From NCBI GenBank assembly GCA_015067075.1, contig SVND01000002.1:10087-74086 (forward strand): 64,000 bases of DNA, in the 5' to 3' direction. The notes under the pieces were generated by a model. The model was not told the origin of the DNA. It saw only the letters and a program-made list of their open reading frames with translations, and searched no databases. A program made the translations under genes and the position numbers. Position 1 is the first letter of the stretch. Each line of letters starts with the position of its first letter. This document shows positions 45,869-55,080 of the stretch, piece after piece. The DNA comes from Oscillospiraceae bacterium (GTDB lineage: Bacteria > Bacillota > Clostridia > Oscillospirales > SIG530).

Positions 45869-46292
45869 TTGCGCAGTCCTTTGCGTATGCGCCGAGCACG
45901 CCGTTTACAAATGAAGCGGCTTTTTCGTCCTCGTATTTTTTTGCAAGCTCGATCGCTTCGTTTATGATTATGTTTTTCTCCTTCAGTTCGCTGTAAAGAA
46001 GCTCGTAGAAGGCGAGACGGAGCACAGCGAGAGATACCTTTGATATTCTTGCAAGCTTCCAGCTTTTTGCGTAGCGGCTTATGGTATCGTCTATCTGAAT
46101 GATATAATCTACTGTTCCGCAAAACGTATCGCAAGCGAAACTGTCAAGGGTAACGCCTTCAGCCTCCTGATAGCTTTCTATTGTATCGGAGGCTGTAAGA
46201 TCGGTATTAAAATCGTGAGTAAATATCAGACAGAATGCGTGCTCTCTGGCTTTATGTCTGCTCATAGGTTTTTCGTCCATTGTTTTATTCAC
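45861..46292 (-). CDS. nusB: transcription antitermination factor NusB
   Basis: ..SRHKAREHAFCLIF.., ..ISKVSLAVLRLAFYEL.., ..INEAIELAKKY..ASFVNGVLG.. Confidence 0.88.
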   Translation of the reverse strand: MNKTMDEKPMSRHKAREHAFCLIFTHDFNTDLTASDTIESYQEAEGVTLDSFACDTFCGTVDYIIQIDDTISRYAKSWKLARISKVSLAVLRLAFYELLYSELKEKNIIINEAIELAKKYEDEKAASFVNGVLGAYAKDCANE

Positions 46293-46310
46293 CTTTCGTT
46301 TTACAGCCGC

Positions 46311-46697
46311 TTATTCAGCAGACTTTTCAGGCTTTTCGAAAATTATTCCGGCAACGGTAACGTTGATCTTGTCTACCGTGTAGCCTGTCATGCTCGTAAG
46401 GTTCTTGTATACGTTTTCCTGAACGTCAGCGGCAATATCGGGGATCTTTCTGCCATAATAAACGATGAGGGAAATATCAACGGAAATTTTCTCATCGGAA
46501 GATATTTCGACTTTAATACCCTTTGTTTCGCGCTTGTTGGAGATAAGACCTTTAAGATCGCCCGTGAAGGTTTTTGCCAAAGCGGCAACGCCGTCGATCT
46601 CCGTTGCGGAAACACCTGTTATGGTCGCTAAAACATCGTCAGAGATGCGGATATTTCCGTTAGTGATATTTGTGCTGTTTTGTGTGTTTTGTTCCAT
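46311..46697 (-). CDS. Asp23/Gls24-family envelope stress protein
   Basis: ..IRISDDVLATITGVSATEIDGVA.. and ..IPDIAADVQENVYKNLTSMTGYTVDKINVTVAGI. Confidence 0.88.
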   Translation of the reverse strand: MEQNTQNSTNITNGNIRISDDVLATITGVSATEIDGVAALAKTFTGDLKGLISNKRETKGIKVEISSDEKISVDISLIVYYGRKIPDIAADVQENVYKNLTSMTGYTVDKINVTVAGIIFEKPEKSAE

Positions 46698-46736
46698 TTT
46701 AATTATACTCCTTAAATCGTTACGATTTGTATATTA

Positions 46737-47357
46737 CTATTTTACCTCATTTACCTTGATTTTGTCAACAGATAATCCTGTTTCTGATAAAATAATATCT
46801 TTAATTTGTGCAACTTGTGCCCCTGTGAGGTTCTCTTTCCGCACCATAACGGTCGCACCGCTGCTGCTGACGGTCGCCATTACGTGCTCAAAGCCCTTTG
46901 CATTGAGCAAGCTTTCGATGTTTGCCTCCGTGGCGATACTGGCGGCTATCTCCGACATTTCGCCTGCAGCTGTGTCACGGGCATCCTCAGAGGAAAGGCT
47001 GTTTTCGATTATGGCTTTCAGTATCTCCACGGATTCGTCACGAGCCTTTGTTTTGGCAAGTTTTGCGTTTGAGAAAAATTCATCGTTGCTTGCATCGTCG
47101 CTTGTGGGTGCTGCGGTGGGTATGGCTGTGGGCGTAGCGTTTTCACCGCTGAAAAGAGTGCTTATGTAATCGTCATCATTTCCAAACTCCGTGCTTGTAA
47201 GACTCCAATTAAGATAAAGTGCCAAGGCTATGGCGAGAATAAAAAACGCAACGGCGACGTAGCCGCGTTTGTTGGCAAAATATTTTACAGCCTTATCACT
47301 TGCGTTTTTAAAAGAAAAATTTCCCTGTCCTTTTTTGATTTGATTGTTTTTGTCCAT
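46737..47357 (-). CDS. spoIIIAH: stage III sporulation protein AH (SpoIIIAH-like)
   Basis: N-terminal TM helix and a C-terminal YscJ/FliF-like end ..NIESLLNAKGFEHVMATVSSSGATVMVRKENLTGAQVAQIKDII.. Conserved position before Asp23-nusB. Confidence 0.75.
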   Translation of the reverse strand: MDKNNQIKKGQGNFSFKNASDKAVKYFANKRGYVAVAFFILAIALALYLNWSLTSTEFGNDDDYISTLFSGENATPTAIPTAAPTSDDASNDEFFSNAKLAKTKARDESVEILKAIIENSLSSEDARDTAAGEMSEIAASIATEANIESLLNAKGFEHVMATVSSSGATVMVRKENLTGAQVAQIKDIILSETGLSVDKIKVNEVK

Positions 47358-47397
47358 AATATGTACTCCTTATAAAATATTTTGTAATCAAAACTTA

Positions 47398-47895
47398 TCA
47401 CGAAAAGGTGACGAATATTCTGCTCGACGGTATGCCGAGGGCTGTTTTTACGGCTTCTGTTATTTTATATTCAAAAGAGCTTGCGTTTATGCCGTCACAT
47501 ACGATTACAGCACCCATTATTTGCGGAAGTATTTGTCTGATGAGTATGGGTTGTTGTTCGCCTGAGGATGAGGAAACTGTAACGAGCTTATTTTGAGAAC
47601 TGCTTTGGGAAGGGGAGCTTGAGGCGGAGCTATCACTGTGATAAACGTACTGCGTGCCGCTTTCCAAGGTGACTGTCACGCTTACGGGTGCTTTTCCCGT
47701 GATGCTTTTTACGATTGCGGCAAGCTGTGATTCCAGCTGTTTTACAAACACCTTGTCGGCTTCGGCTGCCTGCGCAACAAGGTCGGGCTCTTCTGTTTTT
47801 TGAGTAAAAAGCGACGGCGTTAAAAGAAGAAATGCACCCAATGCCGCGATGATAAGCGCTACGGGAAAAAGTTTGCTGTCTAAAATGCTTTTCAT
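47398..47895 (-). CDS. spoIIIAG: stage III sporulation protein AG (SpoIIIAG)
   Basis: N-terminal TM helix, ..LESQLAAIVKSITG..VSVTVTLESG.., C-terminus ..ILPQIMGAVIVCDGINASSFEYKITEAVKTALGIPSSRIFV. Confidence 0.75.
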   Translation of the reverse strand: MKSILDSKLFPVALIIAALGAFLLLTPSLFTQKTEEPDLVAQAAEADKVFVKQLESQLAAIVKSITGKAPVSVTVTLESGTQYVYHSDSSASSSPSQSSSQNKLVTVSSSSGEQQPILIRQILPQIMGAVIVCDGINASSFEYKITEAVKTALGIPSSRIFVTFS

Positions 47896-47898
47896 TTT

Positions 47899-48720
47899 TT
47901 ACCTTTCTTGTTGTTTGGCTCGGCGTTTAGCCAGTGATGCATTGAGCTCACCGCCTAAAATAAGCACAGCGCTCGTCAGATAAAGCCAGAACATCAGCAT
48001 TATCACCACGCCCAAGGAGCCGTAAATACGGGAATAATCAGCTATTTCGGAAACGTAATATGAGAAAGCCGCAGTCATTGCCATCCAGCACACGAGCGCA
48101 AACGCCGTGCCGGGAATTATGGTGTGCCAGGGGGGACGGTTTGCGGGAAGCAGAAAGTAAATAAGGGAGAGCGCGCCGAAAATAAATACTCCTAAAACGA
48201 AAAAGCGCGCAGCGTTCCATATTTCGAAATACTTCAGCCATTGTCCCGAATAGAGCATAAGCTCGGAAAGTATACCTCGCCCTAAAATCAAAATGAGAAG
48301 CGTTGCAATAAAGGTTGCGGCGAGCACACCTGTTACGGCAACGGAGCGCAAAAAGGCACGGCGGCGTGAAATGTGACCTTGAGTATCATATGCGCGGTTT
48401 ACGGCGAAAATGAGGGCGTTTACAGCCCGTGAAAACGAAAAGAGCGTAAGGAAAACGCCTGTTATAAATATGGCGGGGCCTTCTATTGTGGAAATATATT
48501 CAAGGTAACTCGTTATGAGGAAAAAGATCTCATCGGGAAAAAGCGCTTTGATAGTGTTTGAAAAAATAGCGTCGGTAAGGTCGGCGGCGCTTAAAAGCAC
48601 GTTTAAAGTGATCAGCATGGGAAAGATCGAAAAAAGAAGAAAATAAGCTAAAACAACGCCTGATCTTGAGACCTCATGATCGAAAAAGCGCGATATCATA
48701 TCTCTTATAAGACGAAGCAT
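47899..48720 (-). CDS. YihY/BrkB-family membrane protein
   Basis: ..AYFLLFSIFPMLI.., ..YGSLGVVIMLMFWLYLTSAVLILGGELNA.. I prefer the start at ATG 48720 (AAGGAG RBS). The stop is 3 nt before spoIIIAG. Confidence 0.85.
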   Translation of the reverse strand: MLRLIRDMISRFFDHEVSRSGVVLAYFLLFSIFPMLITLNVLLSAADLTDAIFSNTIKALFPDEIFFLITSYLEYISTIEGPAIFITGVFLTLFSFSRAVNALIFAVNRAYDTQGHISRRRAFLRSVAVTGVLAATFIATLLILILGRGILSELMLYSGQWLKYFEIWNAARFFVLGVFIFGALSLIYFLLPANRPPWHTIIPGTAFALVCWMAMTAAFSYYVSEIADYSRIYGSLGVVIMLMFWLYLTSAVLILGGELNASLAKRRAKQQER

Positions 48721-48854
48721 ATAGATCCGCTCCTTTACGGCGGCAATGCAGCATGAAAAAATCTTTGTATATGAATATATGCGGCTGCATTGCGAAAAAT
48801 ACATATGACGGTGAACCGTTGACGAATATTATTATACGCAGAGGAATGATAAAT

Positions 48855-49301
48855 ATGAAAATGTCGAAAAATGAATATAAAAGATTAGCTGAAAAGCCAA
48901 CTCCCATAGGTATAATAGCTAAGGATTGTATTTTGGCTTTTGTCGTAGGCGGGCTTATTTGTGTTTTAGGTCAGCTTATTTGCGACGGCTGGATGAATAT
49001 GCTTGATTTTACTAAAAAAGAAGCCGCTACAGCGACTTCCGTATCCTTGATATTTTTAAGTGCCTTGTTTACGGGCCTTAAGCTTTACGACAAGCTGGCA
49101 AAGCACGCAGGTGCAGGTACGGTAGTGCCCATAACGGGCTTTGCAAATGCAGTTGTTTCTCCTGCCCTTGAATTTAAAAGCGAGGGCTTCGTTCTCGGCG
49201 TGGGTGCGAAAATGTTTACAATAGCAGGGCCTGTTATCGTTTACGGCACGGTGGCAAGCATCGTTTACGGCGTAATATATTGGGTGGTAAAAATGCTTTA
49301 A
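48855..49301 (+). CDS. spoVAC: stage V sporulation protein AC (SpoVAC/SpoVAEB family)
   Basis: ..ILAFVVGGLICVLGQ.., ..HAGAGTVVPITGFANAVVSPALEFKSEGFVLGVGAKMF.. The start is uncertain among the clustered ATGs at 48846-48861. Confidence 0.8.
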   Translation: MKMSKNEYKRLAEKPTPIGIIAKDCILAFVVGGLICVLGQLICDGWMNMLDFTKKEAATATSVSLIFLSALFTGLKLYDKLAKHAGAGTVVPITGFANAVVSPALEFKSEGFVLGVGAKMFTIAGPVIVYGTVASIVYGVIYWVVKML

Positions 49302-49390
49302 CGTGCGATGAAGGGTATTGTTTCGCAAATGCTTTTGTGGTATAATGTGCGTATAATAAATTATGCACGTTATGAAGGTAGAATTACGGT

Positions 49391-50068
49391 ATGGGAAAAA
49401 CACTTAAGCAATCGTTTGTTGCGACAATTCCCGTTATGACAGGGTATCTTGTGCTGGGCTTCGGATTTGGAATTATACTTAAAGCCAACGGCTACAGCAT
49501 ACTCCTCGCTCTTGCCATGAGTGTTTTCATATACGCAGGATCTATGCAGTATATAGCTATAGGTCTGCTCACGGGCGGCGTGTCGCTGATAACCGCGTTT
49601 CTTACAACGCTTATGGTCAATGCAAGGCATTTGTTTTACGGTATATCAATGCTGGATAAATACAGAGGGACGGGGAAGATAAAGCCTTATCTTATATTTG
49701 CACTGACCGATGAAACGTATTCGTTGGTGTGTCACGACAACGCGAATGTCACGGCGGAAAGCAGGAATAATTATTATTTTTTTGTATCGCTTTTCAATCA
49801 TATTTATTGGGTGGCGGGCTCTTTATTGGGTGCCGCCGTTGGCTCGCTTGTAAAGTTCAACAGCGAGGGTATAGATTTTGCGCTGACGGCGCTTTTTCTT
49901 ACAGTTTTCATTGAGCAATGGCTGAGCACGAAAAAACATAGCCCTGCAATTATAGGCGTTTCGGTATCTGTAATATGCCTTGCGGTATTCGGAAGCGAAA
50001 AATTTCTTATTCCTGCCATGCTTGTTATAGCGCTCTTACTTTCACTTATAAAGGAGGGCGAAAAATGA
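49391..50068 (+). CDS. azlC: AzlC-family branched-chain amino acid exporter subunit
   Basis: ..IPVMTGYLVLGFGFGI..FIYAGSMQYIAIGLL..NARHLFYG.. Confidence 0.85.
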   Translation: MGKTLKQSFVATIPVMTGYLVLGFGFGIILKANGYSILLALAMSVFIYAGSMQYIAIGLLTGGVSLITAFLTTLMVNARHLFYGISMLDKYRGTGKIKPYLIFALTDETYSLVCHDNANVTAESRNNYYFFVSLFNHIYWVAGSLLGAAVGSLVKFNSEGIDFALTALFLTVFIEQWLSTKKHSPAIIGVSVSVICLAVFGSEKFLIPAMLVIALLLSLIKEGEK

Positions 50069-50391
50069 ACGGAACGTATGTATGGATAACGGTTGCGGTT
50101 ATTGCTTTGACTACGGCGGCAATTCGATTTTTGCCCTTTTTGATATGGAGCGGAGACAGGAAAACGCCGAAAATAATTGAAAAGCTGGGCAAGGTGCTTC
50201 CCTTTGCCGTTATGGGAATGCTGGTTGTGTACTGCTTAAAGGACGTAAGCTTTACGAGTGTGTCGGGATTTTTACCGCCGCTGATAGGATGCGCAGTCGT
50301 TGCCGTTTTTCACATATGGAAGCGAAACACGCTGATAAGCATTGTTTCGGGAACAGTCTGCTATATGTTATTGGTGCAGTTGGTATTTTAA
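50065..50391 (+). CDS. azlD: AzlD-family branched-chain amino acid exporter subunit
   Basis: MNGTYVWITVAVIALTTAAIRFLPFLIW.. The ATGA overlap with the azlC stop indicates translational coupling. Confidence 0.8.
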   Translation: MNGTYVWITVAVIALTTAAIRFLPFLIWSGDRKTPKIIEKLGKVLPFAVMGMLVVYCLKDVSFTSVSGFLPPLIGCAVVAVFHIWKRNTLISIVSGTVCYMLLVQLVF

Positions 50392-50398
50392 AAACAAG

Positions 50399-50428
50399 AA
50401 GGTCTGAGAAAAATCTCAGACCTTTTTT
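50399..50428 (+). terminator. intrinsic terminator
   Basis: GGTCTGAGA-aaaa-TCTCAGACC followed by TTTTTT. Confidence 0.85.
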
Positions 50429-50492
50429 AGTGCTGTTGTAACGCTTGTATCCCACGGTATAGCCAACAGCTAAAATGGCATTCGGTTCGGTT

Positions 50493-51353
50493 TTATACAT
50501 TTTTTTGTTCGGTAATTATCTGCTCATAAAGATCAGCTATCTGACGGGCACGCTGTCCTGCAAGACGGATAAACTCCTCGGTAGAAAGGTTGTCGTATAT
50601 CAGATCATTCGGCGCAGTAGAGGATGAACGTTTTTTTAGCTCAAAGTTCAGAATTTTTTGCTTCGGCAGGTTTTTTAACCTGACAATAGCGTTTTCCCAA
50701 AGTATTCTTCCGTCGTAGGGGAGAAAATGCAAATCATCTTTTCCGGTGGGAACACCGCTTGGATCTCTCAGACCAAGATTGTCGTTGATATGTGTCATGA
50801 TCAGTCGCTGACCGAAGGATTCCAAAAAGTCCAGCTTGTGAGGATAGCAATGGTCGTGACCTGAGTCCCAGCAAAAACCGATATGGGAACGATCACGATA
50901 ACGTGTCATCAACGCCTGAAGATATTCCTCACCCTCTAGGTTTTCGAAGGCAATAGAAACGTTTCTTTTTTCGGCGTAGTCTGTAATGTTGTCAAAAACG
51001 GAAAAATCCAAGGGTCCATTTGGAAAGGTATACTGTAAGCCTTGCCAACAATGTACAACAGCAACGGGAATTCCAAATTGAGCGCAAGCGTCGATACAGC
51101 CGATGATGTTATTTTTAGTTATTAGGGACTGAACGTCTTTGGAGTTCCAAAGGTGAGCAATACCGCCGTGGGGCGCGTGGAGTGATTGGATCGTCATGTT
51201 GCACTTTTGTAGGTGGTTTGCAAGAGAATCCAAAGACAAAGCCTGAGACCAGACGGGAGAAACTGCGGAAAAGCCTGCGTCGCTGAGCAATGTAACAACA
51301 CGCTCCTCGGAGAGGTCGTACTGTGATTGCAGAGAGAAACCGATATCTACCAT
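50493..51353 (-). CDS. sugar phosphate isomerase/epimerase (xylose isomerase-like TIM barrel) family protein
   Basis: ..IQSLHAPHG.., ..VVHCW.., ..IAFENLEGEE.., ..GFCWDSGHDH.., ..HINDN.. metal-ligand pattern. Confidence 0.78.
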   Translation of the reverse strand: MVDIGFSLQSQYDLSEERVVTLLSDAGFSAVSPVWSQALSLDSLANHLQKCNMTIQSLHAPHGGIAHLWNSKDVQSLITKNNIIGCIDACAQFGIPVAVVHCWQGLQYTFPNGPLDFSVFDNITDYAEKRNVSIAFENLEGEEYLQALMTRYRDRSHIGFCWDSGHDHCYPHKLDFLESFGQRLIMTHINDNLGLRDPSGVPTGKDDLHFLPYDGRILWENAIVRLKNLPKQKILNFELKKRSSSTAPNDLIYDNLSTEEFIRLAGQRARQIADLYEQIITEQKNV

Positions 51354-51476
51354 ATATAAAACACTTCCTTTGCTTTACATATTATAGCATAGACCATTTT
51401 TTGCGTCAATATTTCCATAGCTGTTTTTGTAAATTGCTCTGATAACAGTGACGGAGAAAAAATTTTCTTACATATT

Positions 51477-51506
51477 AAAAGGAGATGGATCATTCCATCT
51501 CCTTTT
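51477..51506 (-). terminator. intrinsic terminator after darA (symmetric, could act on both strands)
   Basis: AAAAGGAGATGG-loop-CCATCTCCTTTT. Confidence 0.8.
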
Positions 51507-51515
51507 AATATGTGT

Positions 51516-51842
51516 TTACAGCTTTTCAAACGTATCAACGTTGAGTACGAAGAAGATAGCGCCGCCGACGGTTGCTTCCTCGGCAATATCGTCGCTTTTA
51601 AGTCCTCTGCCGAAGGAACGTGCGGAAGCGTTTATCTGCTTTCTTGTGGAACAATGCTTTTTCAAAATATCCTTTATAGCGTCTATCTTATCGTCCTCTG
51701 TACCGATGAGAAGAGTGGTGTTGCCGACCATAAGAAATCCGCCTGTTGTGGAAAGCTTGGTGACGAAAAATCCGTCCTGAGTAAGTGCAGACGTGACGAT
51801 AGCGCTATCGTCGTTGTGGATAACTGCTAAAACAAGTTTCAT
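51516..51842 (-). CDS. darA: PII-like cyclic-di-AMP receptor DarA (YaaQ, DUF970)
   Basis: MKLVLAVIHNDDSAIVTSALTQDGFFVTKLSTTGGFLMVGNTTLLIG..VGGAIFFVLNVD closely parallels B. subtilis YaaQ as I remember it. Confidence 0.88.
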   Translation of the reverse strand: MKLVLAVIHNDDSAIVTSALTQDGFFVTKLSTTGGFLMVGNTTLLIGTEDDKIDAIKDILKKHCSTRKQINASARSFGRGLKSDDIAEEATVGGAIFFVLNVDTFEKL

Positions 51843-51928
51843 TTTTATTCCTCACTATTCAAAATGTATTATTAACTGAATATTATATATATATTATACA
51901 GCACACGGACAAAATTGTAAAGAGTTTT

Positions 51929-52420
51929 TTAAATGTCCATATTGAGTATACGCATGCTGGACTTGTCCAGCTCGTTCAGATTTGGTATTTCATAACGGTT
52001 GTCGTCGGAGTCACGGACTAAAACTCTGCCGTCGTACAATACCTTTATATCGCTGTGACGGTTGCGGATATCAAAACTGCGCACGCCGCGGTCAGTTTCC
52101 ACCGTCCATTTGAGAATGCCGTATTTTTCTTCTCTTTCCAAAAGACGAATGATCCTCGGAATAAGGTAATACTCGTTAAGACATTCTTCAATAACAGCTC
52201 TTGATTCGGGCATTAACGTGGCAAGATCGCGGATGACGGCGTGCTCCTCTTTGTTTTCAACGTCCAGCAAGGTAATGTACTTTGTCAGACCGCTGAGAGG
52301 AAAGAGGCGGCGCGGCTCAAGACCGTAGAACTTTTCACCGTTATAATATTCTATATCAACAAGGTTCCAATCAGCTTTTGTAACGCGGATCTGGTCACCT
52401 TCAACATAATTTATAGCCAT
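51929..52420 (-). CDS. DUF1854 domain protein
   Basis: ..LEPRRLFPLSG..ITLLD..EEHAVIRDL..YLIPRI..WTVETDRG..F.. fits the family pattern. Located directly downstream of an ABC exporter gene, the usual context. Confidence 0.72.
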   Translation of the reverse strand: MAINYVEGDQIRVTKADWNLVDIEYYNGEKFYGLEPRRLFPLSGLTKYITLLDVENKEEHAVIRDLATLMPESRAVIEECLNEYYLIPRIIRLLEREEKYGILKWTVETDRGVRSFDIRNRHSDIKVLYDGRVLVRDSDDNRYEIPNLNELDKSSMRILNMDI

Positions 52421-52475
52421 ATATTAACCTGTGCCTTCAAAGGCTTCCTTTCTTCGATATGAGCGGGTGCTCTTT

Positions 52476-54743
52476 TTATTCGAAATTGGCTTCCTCTTTA
52501 TCCTTGCGAAGCTGCTCGGACATGGACTGTATCTGAATGAGCTTGTAATACTTGCCCTTGAGTGCCATAAGCTCCTCGTGTGAGCCGTTTTCGATTATTT
52601 CACCCTTGTCAACAACGATGATCTTGTTTGCTTTGCGCAAGGTGGAAAGACGGTGAGCTATCATGAGTGTCGTTCTGCCGCTTATCAAACGCTCAATAGC
52701 TGTTTGAATGAGGTTTTCCGTCTCAGAGTCAACGGCGGCGGTAGCTTCGTCGAAAATGAGTATGCTGGGATTTTTAAGCACGGCACGGGCAATGGAAAGA
52801 CGCTGCTTTTCACCGCCTGAAAGACCTACGCCGCGCTCGCCGAGCATGGAATCATACGCATCGGGTTGAAGAGCGATGAAGCCGTGGGCGTTGGCGACGG
52901 TTGCGGCGTGCATGACGGCCTCAACAGGCGCGTCGGGAACGCCGTATGCGATGTTGTTGAAGATGGTGTCGGAGAACATCATGGGCTCTTGCTGAACGTA
53001 GCCGATACGGGAGCGGTAGTATTCCATATCAATATCGCGGATGTCCTTGCCATCCATAAGAATTTCACCGTCGTAATGGTCGTAAAAGCGCATGATAAGG
53101 TTTATCAAGGTGGATTTACCTGAGCCTGTCGTTCCGACGATACCGACTATGTCACCGGGCTCAATAACGAGATTGATGTTGGAAAGGACTTTTTTTGTAC
53201 GGTCGAAGGAGAAATTTACGTTGCGGAACTCAATTTTGCCTTCAATCTTTTCGGGAATGTTGCCCTTTTGGAAATCGTGCTCAGGCTCTGTGTCGAGGAT
53301 ATCGAGAACACGCTCTGCCGATGAAAGAGCACCTTGATAAGAGTCGCTGAGGTTAGCAAAGAAGTTTACGGGACCGTAGAACATACTTGTATACGAAATA
53401 AAGGAAACAAGTATACCTGCGGAAAGTGCAGCGCCGTTTGAATCAATTACCCAATTGCCGCCCACAAGCCAGATAAGTAAAGAGCCGCAGGTAATAACGA
53501 AGGAGACGATGTTGGGGAAAACGGTTGTGATACGCGCGGAGCGGATATCGACCTTGCGCCATTCATCGTTGTATTTTTCAAAGCGGGAAACTGCACGCTG
53601 CTCGCCTGCAAAGGATTTGATAACGCGCACGCAGGGGATAGTGTCGGTAAGCACCGATGTAACGGCAGACCAGCGACGCCATATTCTGCGGTAGAAGGGT
53701 GCAATTTTTCTGCCGAAAATACGTGCACCGATTACGACGAAGGGAACGGGAATAAGGGAAAGCAGAGAAAGCTTCCAGTTCATGGCGAACATTATGGCAA
53801 TAATTCCGACCATAAGGAAAAACTGAACGACAACTTCCTGAGAAATTCGGAGCATGAAGCCCTGAATGGTTGCCGTGTCGCCGCTGATACGGTTGATAAC
53901 GGAGCCTGTGGAGGTCTTATCGTAAAACTTCATGGGCAGATACTGCGCTTTGCGGTAAACGTCGTTTCGCAGGTCACGAACGATGTTGTCGCCCGATACG
54001 CGAAGCATATAGCCGCGGAATACACCGATAAGATGCTGGACAATATACGTGCCGAAAAGCACGAGTACGACGATGTTGAGCATTTCTTTATTGTTATTGG
54101 GAAGAATATCGTCAACGAGGATACTCGTAATGTACGGCGGAACGAGCGCCATACCCGTGGTTATAAGGGAAAGTAAAAGGGAAAACAGAAGACGGCCGGT
54201 TTCGGGCTTGACGTATTTAAGCAGCTTTCCTGCAAGATTTTTCTTTGACTGACACTGTATGCAGTCTGCGCCGGGACGCAAAAGCGTGCGTCCGCATTTG
54301 GGACAAACGCTCATCATTTTTTCATAAGTAGCATCAACAATGTCAAGCTCCTCTGCCAGATCAGCTGTGCCTGTGCTCATATGCTCAATGAACAAAGCGG
54401 CGGCATCGCAAAGTGATGCGACGGCGTAAGTGGAGCGGAATGCTTTGCATTTTTCTCCCGATTTGAACGTAACGCTCAGACGGGCATTACCGTACATGCG
54501 CTTGACCTCGATCTTTTCAACGTCGGTATGTACATAAGCGCGGATTCCGCCGTCGAGAGATGCATCTGTGACGAAAAAGCGTTTTTCGCTGACGAACAAA
54601 ACTGTTTGCGCGTATTTTCCGTCAAGACCGAGATCGCCTACAACGGCAAAAAGCACGGATTCGCCGCTGTCAAGCTGCTTTGTGACCAAGGATAATGCTT
54701 GCTGCGGTATTGGTCTGTTGGTAATAGGTGATTTCTCCTCCAT
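52476..54743 (-). CDS. ABC exporter (fused TMD-NBD, MsbA-like) with ~170-aa N-terminal PH-like + zinc-ribbon extension
   Basis: NBD motifs GTTGSGKST, LSGGEKQRLSIARAV, ILIFDEATAAVD. Six-helix TMD. The N-terminal extension ..ESVLFAVVGDL..VLFVSEKRFFV.. is PH-like, followed by CPKCGRTLLRPGADCIQC. Confidence 0.88.
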   Translation of the reverse strand: MEEKSPITNRPIPQQALSLVTKQLDSGESVLFAVVGDLGLDGKYAQTVLFVSEKRFFVTDASLDGGIRAYVHTDVEKIEVKRMYGNARLSVTFKSGEKCKAFRSTYAVASLCDAAALFIEHMSTGTADLAEELDIVDATYEKMMSVCPKCGRTLLRPGADCIQCQSKKNLAGKLLKYVKPETGRLLFSLLLSLITTGMALVPPYITSILVDDILPNNNKEMLNIVVLVLFGTYIVQHLIGVFRGYMLRVSGDNIVRDLRNDVYRKAQYLPMKFYDKTSTGSVINRISGDTATIQGFMLRISQEVVVQFFLMVGIIAIMFAMNWKLSLLSLIPVPFVVIGARIFGRKIAPFYRRIWRRWSAVTSVLTDTIPCVRVIKSFAGEQRAVSRFEKYNDEWRKVDIRSARITTVFPNIVSFVITCGSLLIWLVGGNWVIDSNGAALSAGILVSFISYTSMFYGPVNFFANLSDSYQGALSSAERVLDILDTEPEHDFQKGNIPEKIEGKIEFRNVNFSFDRTKKVLSNINLVIEPGDIVGIVGTTGSGKSTLINLIMRFYDHYDGEILMDGKDIRDIDMEYYRSRIGYVQQEPMMFSDTIFNNIAYGVPDAPVEAVMHAATVANAHGFIALQPDAYDSMLGERGVGLSGGEKQRLSIARAVLKNPSILIFDEATAAVDSETENLIQTAIERLISGRTTLMIAHRLSTLRKANKIIVVDKGEIIENGSHEELMALKGKYYKLIQIQSMSEQLRKDKEEANFE

Positions 54744-54932
54744 AAAAACCCTCCTTTTTCACTTCGGCGAGATGTTACGCCGATAAAAAATGCAGACAAC
54801 GCCCATAACACGAAAAGTGCAATAAAGATAGGACTTTACAGCTGAAAACTAGTAACCTTACGGATATGTTGTTTTTTATTTCGAGTTATAAGAATGCCTG
54901 CTACTTTCTGAAAAAAATGTTTTTGTACGTGT

Positions 54933-54960
54933 ATTATAACACTCAAAAATTATATGTCAA
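54933..54960 (-). promoter_or_regulatory. strong sigma-A-type promoter for the ABC-DUF1854 operon (TTGACA-16-TGtTATAAT)
   Basis: Minus strand: TTGACA at 54960..54955, extended -10 TGTTATAAT ending at 54933. Implies a ~180-nt 5' UTR. Confidence 0.5.
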
Positions 54961-55051
54961 TACTTTTTTGTAAAAAAATTTGGTAAAATGACAAAAAAGT
55001 TTTTTTAAATAATTTTGACGAAGAAAATGCTTAAATATAGTAAAAAAATGC

Positions 55052-55080
55052 TTTACAAAAGCAGATGAATGAAGTATAAT
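55052..55080 (+). promoter_or_regulatory. sigma-A-type promoter for ddl (TTTACA-17-TATAAT)
   Basis: TTTACA at 55052-55057, 17-nt spacer, TATAAT at 55075-55080. Confidence 0.5.
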
